From Patiria miniata (taxonomy: Eukaryota): 64,000 bases of DNA. Shown piece after piece: positions 11,704 to 25,443 of the stretch (its first letter is position 1; each line of letters opens with the position of its first letter). A program made the translations under genes and the position numbers. The stretch is taken from positions 19,958,740 to 20,022,739 of the forward strand of contig NW_024037073.1 of the NCBI RefSeq assembly GCF_015706575.1. The letters are read 5' to 3'. The notes below the pieces were generated by a model that made no database searches, was not told the origin of the DNA, and saw nothing but the letters and a program-made list of their open reading frames with translations.

Positions 11704-12168
11704 ATACATGTGTTATATTATCTCTACTGGTATACCCAACTACAAGTTTGTCAGAAAATTAGTTTCTGATTTTTGGACGCATTATAAAAGGGTTCATATA
11801 AAAAAAATAGAATTTCTCTGGAACCTTTGTAGCGGGAAAGTGAAATCAAGATTTATAAACGAGAATGTTTTGTGCTTGATGAAATTTCACTTTCTGTGAA
11901 ATTTAAGGTAAAAAGTTTGCTCTAGCAAGCCCTGGAGGCGAAAAATGAGAGTGTGCCATGTTAGGGGTCGCGCCACGTTGGGGTACATCAACAATATTTT
12001 TGTGGGGAGTACAGTAAATTCTCCAAATGTGTTTGAATGTCTCTCCCAGTGGTCTCCCTTAACTCTCCCTTTGTTACCGTTGAGGGGGTACTTGTGCAAG
12101 TACCCCCTGAGATTCAATAGACTAGCAACATTTTGTTCACATTGGGCGTTGACTTTTTTCGCCTCCAG

Positions 12169-12355
12169 AACCAGAGAGACGCTCTCCTCTGGCCACTTCA
12201 TGAGCGTCATCAACGTCCTGATGCAGCTGCGCAAGGTGTGTAACCACCCAGATCTGTTTGAGCTACGTCCCATCCAGTCTCCCTTCCAGATGGAAGGTAT
12301 CCAATACTACGCAGCCTCGCTGATCACCAAGGTTCTGGAGCATGATCCGTTCAAG
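12169..12355 (+). CDS. SRCAP/EP400-like: exon: ATPase (TRETLSSGHFMSVINVLMQLRKVCNHPDLFELRPIQSPF...)
   Basis: Matches SRCAP TKETLATGHFMSVINILMQLRKVCNHPNLFDPRPV. Acceptor ctccag|A. Donor AAG|GTGAGA. Confidence 0.9.
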
Positions 12356-12886
12356 GTGAGAGATCGAGAGATCAATACGTTGAATTTTGTGTAGGGAGTT
12401 GTAGATGGCGTTGTGTGGCGTACTCGTGAGAGCCAGTGAGAGAAATCACATGCTCATTCAGGTTTCTGCCTGTGTATGAGGTTTTAGTACATGTGACAAT
12501 TTTACATTAGAAGGGCCACAAAAATTGTATCATCTTTGTATCCACAGCATTGTTTAAATTGTGGAAATAGTACTCGATGTACTTCAATAAACAATCTTTT
12601 ATGCGGTAGAACCCTGCCATAGACCAAGTGACAAAAGTTGCATGTTGCCAGAGTCATGATGCCTGCATCATGTTGCCTGCATCATGTTGCCTGCATCCAT
12701 TATGAAAAAGCAACCAAAATTACTTAACACTATGCAAACGATGGGTACATTACACAGATAGCCAGATTAAATTTTAGTGGCGTATTTTCAGTGACAAGCT
12801 ATTGAATTGCATCTTGCTGCTGTTAGCAAAGTACAAAGTAACAAATGTTTTGTTTGGTTTTTTCCTCTTGATTGACTACTCTACAG

Positions 12887-13289
12887 CACGTCAGTCTGAA
12901 CAGCCTCAACCTGTGCGTAGCCAGCCTGGAGCTCTTCCTGCCGGCCTACGCAGCCCACCGCATCAAACAGCTGCAGACTCCACGCCCCTTAATCGAGGAG
13001 ATCGACTCCGCCCCTGAGCCGCCGCCCCGCCCGCAGCCCATGAAGATCAAGCCGGGGAAACTGTTCCCACCCCCAATGAGCCAAGCCCCCAAGGAGCCGA
13101 AGCCTGCCGTAGCAAGTGCCACATCGTCGGTGTCTGCTACAGTGCCAGGCAGGGCTTCACCGGTCGTGGTGGCTTCGCAGGGTCTGGCCGCAGCCACTGG
13201 GGGGCGGGCTTCGCCCAGCGTGAGCCACGTGCTAGTGAGGTCGTCCACGGGTGTTCAGTTGCTGAGGCAGACGGGCTCAACCCAGCAAG
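12887..13289 (+). CDS. SRCAP/EP400-like: exon: start of the long insertion between ATPase lobes (…APEPPPRPQPMKIKPGKLFPPP…)
   Basis: ORF 12872-13345. Matches SRCAP APDPPPRPKPVKMKVNRM. Donor G|GTATTT. Confidence 0.8.
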
Positions 13290-13710
13290 GTATTTTACTC
13301 ACGTTAACCCTAACCCTCCACGGATTTTACAAGAAACCTGCTTGAGTGAACAACATACAACAGTTGTGAGAATGAGTGGTCTGACTAGTGTTCTCAACTA
13401 CCCAATCAAACAAGATCCTACAGACATTTACTCATGTTGTATCTTGGTGTGTCGGGCAGGCTTAGCATAAAGTGTTTCTGGAAAAGAAACCCAAGGGTTC
13501 CACAACAGTACACAGGCAACAAATTCCAATTCTGTGAAGTCTTACGTTTTTAATACTCTGGGACCTACACTCGATTAGTTTACAAGTGGCTTGAAGTCCT
13601 GATAATGTTTCAGACGAAGAGTGTGCTATTCCACACATTATCTTCTTGGAAGACATCCCATTAAGTTTGAGTTATTACAGATTAATTTTCAGACGCTCCT
13701 TTACCAACAG

Positions 13711-13922
13711 GTCTGGTCCTAGATGGAAGGAGCTCCCCTAGCGTTTCCCTGGCTCTGACTACCACCACCACGTCCTCCACGGGTGTACCCTCGCTCACCC
13801 TGGTCTCGCACCCCTCGGTGCCAAGCAGCACCCCCTTACAGCAGCTGCCGGGGTACACAGGGGTAGTGATCTCCTCGGCAGGCTCGCCGGCAGGCCAGCA
13901 GCGGTTCTATCTCCAGCAGCAG
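13711..13922 (+). CDS. SRCAP/EP400-like: exon: S/T/P-rich insertion (GLVLDGRSSPSVSLALTTTTTSSTGVPSLT…QQRFYLQQQ)
   Basis: Open frame with the correct phase (1 in, 0 out). Acceptor ccaacag|GT. Donor CAG|GTGAGC. Low-complexity sequence like the SRCAP insertion. Confidence 0.7.
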
Positions 13923-14478
13923 GTGAGCTGAGTTGAGCGAAAAAACAAGAGTGATCGGGGACCAATTTCATGGGGAATCCTGAACGGTTAACAGAACACA
14001 AAGGAGTTTTAGTTAACCTTATTGTATTTTGACTGTAGAAATTTGCATGGAAAATATTTTTCTAAATAGAGAAATAAAGTTAATTGGTCAAAATTCCATG
14101 CTCTGTGTGTTCAATCTCTGCTTATTTATGCCTAGCGTGTAAAATTGCTAAGCAGTGTTTTCAGCTTAGTAGCCTTATGAAACAGGGCCCCTAGACAAGA
14201 GCAGTCTCCCTGGCTGGAGATGGTACTGCTGTGGGGGATTTCCCTGTATCACATACAGTATGCTAAGCCATTTATACAAGGACATGCCGCACTTCAAAGC
14301 AAAGGGCTCAGATGCAGCAATGAATTTTTCATTCTATTAATAATGCCTTTCTTCGTTTTTACAAAAACCAGAGATCTCAACGTAGATCTTTTTTTTTTTA
14401 ATGTGAATGGCTTCCAAAGAAACTGAACTTTATTAAGCACATGAACCCTGACTTGCCACTTCTTTTCTGTCATTTCAG

Positions 14479-14605
14479 ACGTCTGGTGCTGGACGGGGTC
14501 AGTTTATCACCACGCAACCCATCACAGTCCAGCTACAAGGTGCATCAGGGGGACCAGGAACAACCATCAGGTTACCGGCGGGACAAATCAGACAGATGTC
14601 ACAGA
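14479..14605 (+). CDS. SRCAP/EP400-like: exon: insertion (TSGAGRGQFITTQPITVQLQGASGGPGTTIRLPAGQIRQMSQ)
   Basis: Acceptor catttcag|. Donor A|GTAAGT. Phases are consistent. Resembles SRCAP KPLTFQIQGNKLTLTGAQVRQL. Confidence 0.7.
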
Positions 14606-15312
14606 GTAAGTTTATGTTTCTGGAATTCAGATTAACCCTACTGCTATTTAAGCAGTCACAGACAGTCAAAATTCACTTCCACTGCCCCTGCCATCCTTTT
14701 TACAAAGGCTAGTCACCAGCAGTCAGATCATATATCAAGCAAGCACTGTGTCTAGTCAAACTGGGTCAACAGACAAAGCAGGCAAGTTGTGGTCACAGCT
14801 GCTTTATCACTCACCCAGAGTCAAAGCATAGCTGTATCAAGTTACTTAAACAGTCCAAGGCAGTCAATCCTGCTTTATGTGTGCTTTATGTGAGCTGGGC
14901 ATTCTTAAGGGTTGAAAACAGGCACTTGATTAATTTTGACTGCACGGACAACTTGGCACAGAATGTATGTTGACATAGGAGTGTTAAAGTATTTGAATAA
15001 CGGAAATGCTTCACTTTTTCTGTACGGTATTTATTTATGCATAGAAGTGTTGATACATTTGTTGAACTGATTAAACTGTGCGCACTCAATGTTTGAGAAG
15101 TAACTGTTGTATCTTTATACACTGTAAATTATTCCACTGTAAATTATTCCATATCACAAACAGTCTTCAGAAATGTGTAAAGTGCCTTTTAATTTCCCAG
15201 TATTTTTCTCAGATTTTGCTCAAAAAACATTTTGGTTTTCCCATGATACAACTGGTATTCCTTATTGTCGAATGACGTTGAACATGGATTGCGTTCATTT
15301 TTTTTTGTCCAG

Positions 15313-15987
15313 GTGGTATAGTCCAAATTGTTCAGACACCAAGCGGCCACCAAGTATTGAGACCTGCCGTGAGACTATCATCACCTTCCACCTCACAGCA
15401 ACAACAGCAGCAGCAGAACCAGTCACGCGCCAGCCCGGTCCCCATCCAGATGACCCTACAGGCCACCTCCCCGCAGATCCCCCGCAGCATCCTCCAGCAA
15501 GGGGCGGTGTCCGGGAACCAGACCACCACCCTGGCACAGAGCCAGGCGCAGACTGTCATACAGGCCCTGGCGCAGGCGGTGACGCAGGCGTCGCCGTCAT
15601 CGTCCACGGGCGTGGTCATGTCCAGCCAGTCGCAGCAGCTTCAGTCAGTACTCGCGCAGTTCCAGCGGCAGCAGTTGGAGCAACGTCAGCTGCAGCAACA
15701 AAAACTGCAAGTCGCGGCTTCCCAAGCCGCAACTACGACGTCCGCCTCAGTCACATCGTCCCAGGCTTTCACCACCACTTCGAAAACGGTTTCTAAACCG
15801 ATTGCCTCCGTTGCGCCCATGGTTAATGTGACGGTCAATCTGACCAATGCGGTTAAAACTGTGGTGACCTCCGCACTTTCAAGTCTCCCGAAACGACCGG
15901 AAACGCCCACTAAATTAAAAGACTCCTCAGAGACGCCGGGCACCAAGAAACTTGAGGTGAAGGAAGGGATTGCCAAGACGACAACAG
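15313..15987 (+). CDS. SRCAP/EP400-like: exon: Q/S/T-rich insertion (…SSPSTSQQQQQQQNQSRASPVPIQMTLQATSPQ…)
   Basis: ORF 15357-16040 frame. Acceptor ttgtccag|GT. Donor G|GTACGT. Confidence 0.75.
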
Positions 15988-16665
15988 GTACGTCAGTGGA
16001 ATATTTCTTCTCCACGGTATTTTTTTTTTATTTCATGTGAAAAACGAAATCCAGCAATCTCTAGAGGAATTTGCAACTGGTTTATTATTCTAATCTTTGA
16101 AATGATTAGAATAATCATTCATCGACAGTTTCACACACTAGGTTGTTTTATCATCTGCCTTGGCCAAAAACCACAACTTAATGTACTGTGTTTTGTGCCA
16201 TACATGCTTTGCATTGCTCACAGCTTGTGCATGGTGTTTGGTGATTTCTTTCTTTGATTGGTTATGTGCTGTGTATCCTCTGCATCCATCACATTCGAGG
16301 TGGTAGTTTTTCGTGCTGGACAAAACATCTTGATTTGGTACCTGTGTTTTTTTTTTTATCCTTTTTTTTTTTCAACGATTTCAGCTTCTCTAGAACACCC
16401 TCCTGCAGTGACAGGACCTCTTTTTTTTTTTTTTTTTTTGGATTCCCAGTAACACATTGGTGTCTTGTGTTACATGAATATTTTCAATTTCCTACACAAG
16501 TATTGAGTCCACTTTCATTGCTGTCCCCCCCCCCCCCCTGAAAAAAAGTGAACATGTTGGATTTTCTTCTTCCTCATAAAAGTGCTCCGTTCTTCCTCAT
16601 CGAATTAACGCAACATTCTGTACTCAAAACGTTTTGACTTATTCCCCCTTCTGTTCACCATTCAG

Positions 16666-16884
16666 CAATGCCCACTGCCGCCGTGACCTCACCACCGCCC
16701 CTCATAGCCATCCGTCCCCACCACGCCCCCAATCAGGTCCCACCCACTCCTCGGGGGATAGGGGGTAGTATCCCTAGTAGTGTGGGGGAGACCAAGCCCA
16801 CCCCGGCCCCCCTCATGCAGCCGGTCCTAAAAATTCGGCCCCTGAGCAGTGTTAGCATAGCCAAGGCTACGGGAAGTCCCAAAG
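16666..16884 (+). CDS. SRCAP/EP400-like: exon: P-rich insertion (AMPTAAVTSPPPLIAIRPHHAPNQVPPTPRG…)
   Basis: ORF 16668-17018 frame. Acceptor caccattcag|. Donor G|GTAGAT. Phases fit. Confidence 0.7.
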
Positions 16885-18139
16885 GTAGATTGTATTCCAG
16901 AAACGGAAATTTTTTTGGCATTCATCTTTCGAAACATTCTCATTTTGTTTTCCTTTTCATTAACTTATTGCGTAAGAAGTTTCTACTAACACCCTTGTGT
17001 TGTATCGAAGAAGGTTGAGGGTACAGCAAATTACTATATTCCGTAGGGTTTCTTTTCTACTCATTACTTGTGCAAATTAATCCAAAGCCACCGTTTTCAA
17101 GTTGCACCTTCAAGTATTGTGTTTGTGTTTTTACGATGTTGGAAGTTATTGCGCTTTATGAGGTTAAAAAATGATTTGAACATGAATAATTTGCATGGAG
17201 ACATTTGTCAATTTTAATAAACGTTCCCAGTGAGATCGAGAGTTCTCTGGGACTCACATTCTTCAGAAAATGGACCTTATTGGTTTTTTAGCTGTGGGAT
17301 AGCAGCACAACAAATCATCATTTCTCTCCGTTAGTTAGTAACAAACGTTGACATTGTCTATTGCTCCAACATATTTTGACCGATTTCAACCAAACTTTGT
17401 CTGAAGTATCAGTAGCCCAGACCCAACATGTCACATGACCAAACTGTTGTCTTAGGGTCAATGGGGTCAAAAACTGGGTTTTTTGGTTGTCCAAATCTAG
17501 ATGTGGATGCAACTTTCTGAGAGTGTCTATTTTCATGTGTGCCTTGGCAGTTTTCCCTTGTTTATCAATATTTTGTCACAAATTAAGAAGATTGTCTTGT
17601 ACTAACTTTCCAAACTGACACTATTAATTGAATTAACCCTCCCACCCTGGCTGGCAAATTCAGCTACGTCATCACAGCAAGATCAATGTTTTAACAATGA
17701 AGAAGTACCTTGTTAATTTGAAATAGCCATGCTATAAATGGAGGTGATTGATACGATAGCTGTACCAACCAGTTACCTCTTTTGTCTGTTGATAGAATTT
17801 GACTAGTCGAGAGTGTTAACATGAATGTGATCTGAGAGGAAGTGGAAATTTTTGACCGACAGATCAAACAATAGGTGTTGCCTTGAAAACCAGAAGTTAA
17901 TTACATTTTGCTTGCACTCGTGACTAACCATTGCACTTTTCTGTTGCTTTTTTTTTTTGGTGAACTAAAAAGCTTTGCAAGAATCAGGAAGTGTACATTT
18001 ATTGCATGTATGATGCATGTCACACATGTACATTATTTCATTGTTCAGTGTTGGTTAATTGGCCCAGTATTATGATCAACCAGTCAGGAGACGATTCCTA
18101 TTTAGATTAATGCATGTGCTTCGTTTTATATTTGAATAA

Positions 18140-18450
18140 GAAACAGCCTCAGTCCTCCAAAATCGTCCATTATTTCTTGAATATGTTTAGTGGAGGGGTG
18201 ACCACTGCCTCAATCCTTCAAAACCCTCCAATAATCAATGTAATACATTCAGGAGGTGCGGATGATATCCAGAAGCAGTGTGGATGTTTTGTCCAGTGTA
18301 AATTAAGCGTGACTAACGTAAATAATGCAGGGCACAGCATAAGGCCTTCTACATAATCAACTGACACTTTTTTGGCATGCAGCCTCAATCCTCCAAAATC
18401 CTCCACAACCGCCTGGTTGATTTTGGTTGATTGAGCAGGGTTAGGTTTAA
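18140..18450. mobile_element. MITE family A copy (5'-truncated)
   Basis: Shares the internal and 3' sequence of family A. Confidence 0.5.
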
Positions 18451-18619
18451 GCATCTGTTCACTTGCAATATCGCAATTAACATACAAGACTAAAATAGAA
18501 ACTTTGACATTAAAATGTTGCACATGCACCTTATACGTTGTATTTTTGAAAGCACCGACTTAACAAGTGCTGTTTGCAAATGTCACAAGAAATTATTTTT
18601 TTAAAATTTTCTTCCCTAG

Positions 18620-18714
18620 TTTCAGTAACAACGTCAGGGAGCCGACCGGCGGTGACCGCAACACCTCAACGCAGCCACAAAAGCAAGCATAATAAAGACT
18701 CGCCTTTCTTCTTG
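18620..18714 (+). CDS. SRCAP/EP400-like: exon: insertion (VSVTTSGSRPAVTATPQRSHKSKHNKDSPFFL)
   Basis: Acceptor ttccctag|. Donor TTG|GTAAGT. SPFFL resembles SRCAP PRSPFYL. Confidence 0.7.
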
Positions 18715-18905
18715 GTAAGTGTAAAGTAATAGTACACACTTTCCTTGTTCCAATTAACCCTACTAGTGGGTAATCAATATTCAGAGCAATATGTAAAACA
18801 CTTAAAAACCTGCAGTTCACTGTGTCCCACAGAGCCACTGCACAGAAAGAAAAACAGCACTGAAGAGCAGTGAAGGGTGACCAAGCCTGCCTGCTTGCTC
18901 TGAGC

Positions 18906-19134
18906 TTAACCCTAACCCCTAGGCCCTTGTTGCTTACAACCATCCTCAATCCTCCAATATTTTGCAACTCCGCCTAAATTTTTCAAAATTGTCAGACAGT
19001 CCTGCCTCAAAATGCATTCATCCTCAATCCTTGAAAATCCTCATGTGCTTCAATCACCATTCATCCTCAATCCTCTAGCATCCTCCAAAACCGCCAGTAG
19101 GATTTTGGAGGAGTGAGGTGGGTTAGGGTTAACA
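18906..19134. mobile_element. MITE family A copy (internally deleted)
   Basis: Both TIRs present (gcttaaccctaacccc … gggttagggttaac). Confidence 0.55.
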
Positions 19135-20185
19135 ACACAAAAGAATTGTGCAGGGATTTGAAGTGTTTATCCATACTCCACAGACAATTACCACAAAGGA
19201 ATTTGAAGTGTGGGTGCTAACTTTATTAGGCAAAAGTGGTTTTGCAACACATGAAGGGTTGTGAAGTGCAGAAGACTAGGAGGGTTAATGAACTCATGAA
19301 ACCTTGACTTGCTTTTAGGCAGTGCTTGTCTGCCTGCTGTAACGTACCATGCTTGTCTATATCATCATTCTGGCCATGCACATTCCATTTTGGCTTGTCA
19401 GTCGGCAGCCAATGCCAACCTTGACAATTCTTTAGCTTGGCCTAGATCAAATCTCCTTGGCATCGAGCTGTGAGGGTCTCACCCTGTACCCTCACGGTCC
19501 CCGAGCCTCGGGGACATTCTTAAAACCTTAGAAACTTGACGAAGTCTGAGGAAACCCAGCTGATAGTGCAATGCTGCAAAAACTGGAGCTTTATAGCTGT
19601 GGTGTCACAGAGAATCAGGTCATTTTGTTTCAAAATCATATTTCTCAATATTTCTCCTGTTGTGCTGGGTTTCACAGACTTGTTCACAAAATTGGGTTTT
19701 ATTGTGGGATCCGAGTCATCTGCAGACATCCAAATATTACAAAACAACTGCTTGAACGGTTTTCTGAGAAACATTCCTGAACTCGTAATCATTCTAAATC
19801 CAACAGTAAACCAATGTCTTGTTCTTTGAACTGTTAAGATTACAATGTAAAGGAATGGTAATTGGGATCTTTCTTTCTCATTTGTGCAAATCCTTCAAAA
19901 CCTTGTTTTGGATTTTGTGGGATCTGGGAGTGCAAGGTTTTTTTGAGATTTTCAAAGATTTGTTCTTCTACTCTTGGAAGTTAGCCACAGATTCAAATCT
20001 GAACTATTTTCAGCATGCAACAGGAATTCCTGTTTTTTGTTGCCCAAATTGCCACGTTTTTTTTTTTAAATTTATTTTGAGCCTGATTTTTTTTTGGGGG
20101 GGGGGGTTGATTTCACATCTTTTTGTCCTATTTTTTTTTCATTGAAATCCATTCTAATGCCTGTATTTCCCATTCTGATTGGTAG

Positions 20186-20502
20186 GAATCGATGCACAAG
20201 GCTGAGGTGGATGAGCGCAAAGCCACGCTAGCCAGGATAGCCGACCTGAACCAGCACCGCTGTGCGGCCAAGCCTGTCTACGGAAGCGACCTGCGCTCAG
20301 TGGTCTCCATCCTGAACAGCCCCAACCCAGCCGGGAAGGACCGGCCTTACGCCAGCTGCACGGGGATGTTCCATTGTCGGGAGGTGCACGGCCTGCCGTT
20401 CCCCCACGGGTATGAGGCCAGATTGTCGCAGACGGACACCCTCAGAAAAGTCATCCGAACGCCGGAGGACATACTGGTAGAGTTGAAGGAAATCATCAAG
20501 AG
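20186..20502 (+). CDS. SRCAP/EP400-like: exon: insertion, conserved block (ESMHKAEVDERKATLARIADLNQHRCAAKPVYGSDL…ILVELKEIIKR)
   Basis: ORF 20192-20539. Matches SRCAP …RLERIFQLSEAHGALAPVYGTEVL…QLSEIIERF. Confidence 0.85.
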
Positions 20503-20744
20503 GTTAGTTCTAAATAGAAAGTTCAGCAACCCCAATTAAAGTAATTTTATCCTTTTTTTTTTCCCCATCCGCTTTTTTTACATTTTTGAACCTAACTGCT
20601 CTGAGCGAGGAAAAAAAATGCAGTTTTTGCTGATGGCAATGATGACATTGAGATTTAATCAGACTAGAGTCTCTGAGTCTTGACCAAAGCACTGTAGAGC
20701 AAAATCTCATTTGTCTGAGCATGTTTTCCCCACAAGAAGCCTCC

Positions 20745-21065
20745 ACTACAATCAAGTCCTCGGTATTAAGTCACAAGTCATGACTTAGTCTTCTAGTCTT
20801 GAGTAATAACAAGCTTCTCAAATGAAATGTGACAAAAGTGTACCTCCGAGCCAGTTTTGTAGTTGAGTCAATCACAAGTCATCACAAGTCCATCACAAAT
20901 CCATCACAAGTCCATCACAAATCCATCACAGGTCCATCACATGACCATCACAGGTCAATCACAGGTCCATCACAGGTCCATCACAAGTCTCACAAGTCCA
21001 TCACATGTCCTCACAATTCACTACCAAGTTCATCACAATCCATTACAGCTTTTTCAAGTCGGTCA
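20745..21065. mobile_element. family D copy with an expanded 12-bp tandem array (20868-21060)
   Basis: The run (CATCACAAGTCC)n is visible. The ORFs 20829 and 20863 are its translation. Confidence 0.55.
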
Positions 21066-21334
21066 GAAGCTATTCAAATGAACTATATCAAAAACATTAA
21101 GTTTCTTTTGTTCATCTCCTGTTTCGTGTGACTGAACTTGTGAACTTGTAATTTAAAAGCCTTGACTTTCAGGGGTTCATTTGAATGTTGCAGAATCTTG
21201 TTGAATTGAGTATGGTAAGGGTTAAGTTTGACGAAACTTGTGACGAAATTGTAGTAGACCCTACTTGTTACCTAAGCTGTGATTTGACTCCAAATAGCTT
21301 CATGATTAGTAATATTCCTGTGGTCCATGTGCAG

Positions 21335-21537
21335 ATTTGTGATGGTAGTGCCCCTGGCCACGTCGCCACCCATCAGCATGCACACGTACCACCCAGCACC
21401 CTCGGCAGCCAATCAGCACAGGCTACTCCGTGAGACCCTCCGTCGAGAGTTGACGCCTACCACTGCCTGCCTGCACCCCATCCAGACTGGCATGAAATTC
21501 CAGTTCCCTGAGCTCCGGCTCATCCAGTATGATTGCG
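21335..21537 (+). CDS. SRCAP/EP400-like: exon: approach to ATPase C-lobe (RFVMVVPLATSPP…FQFPELRLIQYDCG)
   Basis: Matches SRCAP FIFVMPPVEAPPPS…TQFPDLRLIQYDCG. Confidence 0.9.
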
Positions 21538-22223
21538 GTAGGTTCAGATGCTCCAAGAATTACAGTCGAGTCTCGTTTATACAAACTCGTTCGGACCTAG
21601 CCAAATTGTTTGTTATATCAGAATTTTGTATTAAGAGGAACATCAGTCCCATTCATTGTGCACATAATGCACAGTCGGGACCAAAGCCTTATGTTTGTTA
21701 TAACCAGAATTTTGTATTAACAGAGTTTGTACTAACAAGAGTCGACTGTAGTTTGAAATTGTTGAAGTGCCTGACTTGACATTTTATAGGCTCGCTGAAA
21801 CATATTTGTAATCGTGTTAAAATTTGGAGATGAGAACATAAGTCCACCTGCTACGAGCTGATGTATCAGGGTATATTTCTTTTTCATTGGGGTAAAATCT
21901 GACATGACAGAAGGAGCCTTAGTTGCTTAAATCCTTCTTTAGTGGAATCTGGCAGAGGATTTGGCTTCAAATCATTTCACTATTGTAAGCACCATATGCT
22001 TTGAACCTTTTCATCCTTAGAGATTTAAATCCTCTGGCAATTACAGGATTTCGTACTTGATTTAAAAGTGCAGGTAACATGCTTTTCTTGTATACCTCAG
22101 ATTTCCTACAAAAAAATGTCACAGCCCCCTCACTTTTTAAATTTTTTTTTATTTTTTTTTTATTTTTTACAAAGTTCACTTTACAGCTGATACATATGAT
22201 AATCTGTAATTTGAATATGACAG

Positions 22224-22393
22224 GTAAGCTACAGGCATTAGACGTTCTGCTGCGTAAGCTGAAGGCTGGCGACCACCGAGTCCTGATCTTCACCCAGATG
22301 ACCCGCATGCTGGATGTCCTAGAGGCCTTCCTCAACTACCACGGCCACATCTACGTCCGACTGGACGGCACCACCAAGGTGGAGCAGAGACAG
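22224..22393 (+). CDS. SRCAP/EP400-like: exon: helicase C ([57 protein letters not shown])
   Basis: Near-identical to SRCAP. The acceptor is cag|GTAAGC (an AG immediately followed by a donor-like GTAAGC). Confidence 0.95.
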
Positions 22394-24124
22394 GTAAAAT
22401 ATGGGCTCCGTGAGCAAACAAGAGAGGGTGTTTTTTTTACAACTTTCAAGAGCCCAGTGGACAGGACTTGACACACTACGTGCACACACAGCCTTACATA
22501 TACTTACGGGAAGACCTTTGTTTCCCTTCTTTATTCTCATTTGTTCCGATTTGAAATCTCAAACTCCATAGCCATTCCCTTAAGGGGGTAGATTGATTTC
22601 TTAAGACTTCCTTATGGGGTCTATTGTTCTACTGTGTCTTCTACCCCATAAGGAACCCTGTAGATGTTCGTACTGGTTCGTGCGTGTATAGTACGAAGTA
22701 TGCAAGACTGATACTCTGAATATGGGCAAACCCTCGGTGTCTTACTGCATGCTTTAGATTTTGACGGCAGTGAGTTCAAATGTCTCTCCCAGTGGCTTCA
22801 ATTTCAATTTAGGTTTATTTGTAAATATTCTCATAAAAGCAGTTAAGAAATAAGTGACAAGTATAACGTTGCAATACAATAATTTCACTCCGCTTCGCGT
22901 CGTGGAATGGAACATTCCATGTGTCACCTCATGAATTCATTCTTACCATTGCACTCATAAACATTCATTATTTGGATAATATTCAAGTTGATTTGACATC
23001 AGGCAGCCACATGGTTCTGTGATGGGATGGGCATATCATTGCCCATCTGTACATGTCCTGTGGCTAGACAACAATCTCTCAGCTTCAAGGTCTGTTCTGG
23101 TGGCTCAATACAAATAATGCCATGCAGAATTCATGTCTGAGACACAGTGATGATTACTGGAACAGTAGGCGGCATGCGTGCAGCCTACTCGTGAGAGCAT
23201 TCTTGTGTACAGTCCTTCTGATTTGAGGCGTGCGATCACACCCCCACACCATTGCACACCTAAAAGCTTCCAGAGAAGTGTGAATAATTGCACGCCTGAA
23301 TTTCCCTGGACCACAGACCGCACACCTAGAAAAACACACACCTAGAAAAACACACACCTAGAAAAATCCAGGTGTGCCTTTTTCCACACGCCTGTGATTT
23401 TCAAATCAGAAGGACTGTGTGTAGGCTACGGTTTTGTGCACTCGGTTGTTTTGCTCATATTGCATGGAGTCATATGACTACTGTTCATCTGGATGTGCAC
23501 GAGGCCATAGTGTTTTAACATCAGCACAAGGTGCGCATTGACCCTTTCCTTACCATGGGCGACTTTAGTCGACCAGGAAACCACTCACACAACACCCACA
23601 ACACAGATTTATTCACTGCTTTTCAACAAGCTGGCATATTGGTATATATTGCTTCCCATACATCAACCAGTTGGTCATGTGGGAAAAAGGCTTTCCGTTT
23701 GATAACTAGGACCAGAAAAAAAAAAAAACATACTTGCCTTTTTATTGGTGGCCTTGCTTTTTACATCACATAAAAGAGTAAGGTTCAAGAAACAACTTTA
23801 CACACAACACTTTGATTTTAATCACTCCTTGGCAGTCTGGGTTGAAAAATAGCGAGTTTTCACGCAGTGATTCTGGGGAGAGCCAAGTCAATAAACAATG
23901 TGGTAAAGAAAGGATTAAAAAAAGCATTCAAGTGTCTGTCATTGTCACCAGTAGGGAGGTACTTGCGCACCGAGTACATAACCCTACCAAATCTGAATGG
24001 TCAGTGAGAAGTAAATCTGTGCACATTCCTTGGACTTGGAAAAAATTGGGCCGTAGAGCCCTATGCAAAGCAACATGTAGTGTTACAGACTTTATTTCTT
24101 TATATTTCCTTTTTCATCATCTAG

Positions 24125-24625
<501 letters not shown>

Positions 24626-25443
24626 TGAATTAACTCGAGACTGGATTATTTTGTCATAGACTTGTGTAAACAACGGTGTTGTTGTTGAAAGAGCCATATT
24701 GTACGGTTGGGTTGAAGAGATACTTACATCGGCAAGCTTTTGCTACTTAACCAGTTCGCGCCGGAGGCCTTGTACACGCGCAAAAATTGTGCGGTATCTG
24801 GAACGGATGACAGATAAACACACAGGAAGCGAGACCAAAAATATCTGTCAGCGACCCGCTCGCAGCGAGCGAGGCCGGAAATATGAGTGTGCTGCCCGAG
24901 GGTGATGGCTTCAACCCGCCTGGCCTGAGGTCGAGTGAAACGTAATCGCGTGCCTCGTTCCATTCTTGTCAAAATAATCCCGGCGGGAACTACTTACGTG
25001 AATGTAATCTTTATAAAGATATATTTAAGCGTTGATCACTGGGCCTTCCAGGGCTTAGCTCTGAATAGAGAAGTGACACTCCTGCTATGATGACATTGAG
25101 ATTGATATCAGACTAGAGTCTCTGAGCCTGTACGGGTGCTGCTGAGCAAAATCTCACATTTGTCTGAGCACTTCACTCCGCTGATTTCTTCTTTGTAGTC
25201 TTAAATGGAGACTAATTCTGGTGAGAAGAGCATTGCGCATGGTTAGAATAGTTTTGTAGTCCATGCTAAAGCAAAGCAAATTTCATGACGCCAAGAAGTG
25301 TATTTTACTGATCACGGTCCACAATTTATTGCCATGTTTTCTGGAAATTGTAACATATGCTTTATTGATAAGAGGTTTTTACCCTCAGAATTACGTAAAC
25401 ATTTTGTAATAGTAACCCTCGATTTTTTTGTCTGACATTTTAG

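Noticed and set aside
15173-15796. 207-aa + strand ORF overlapping exon 15313-15987 in another frame, plus minus-strand ORFs at 15295-16015
   Set aside because: Off-frame or antisense to the Q/S/T-rich exon. It does not connect to neighbouring exons in phase.
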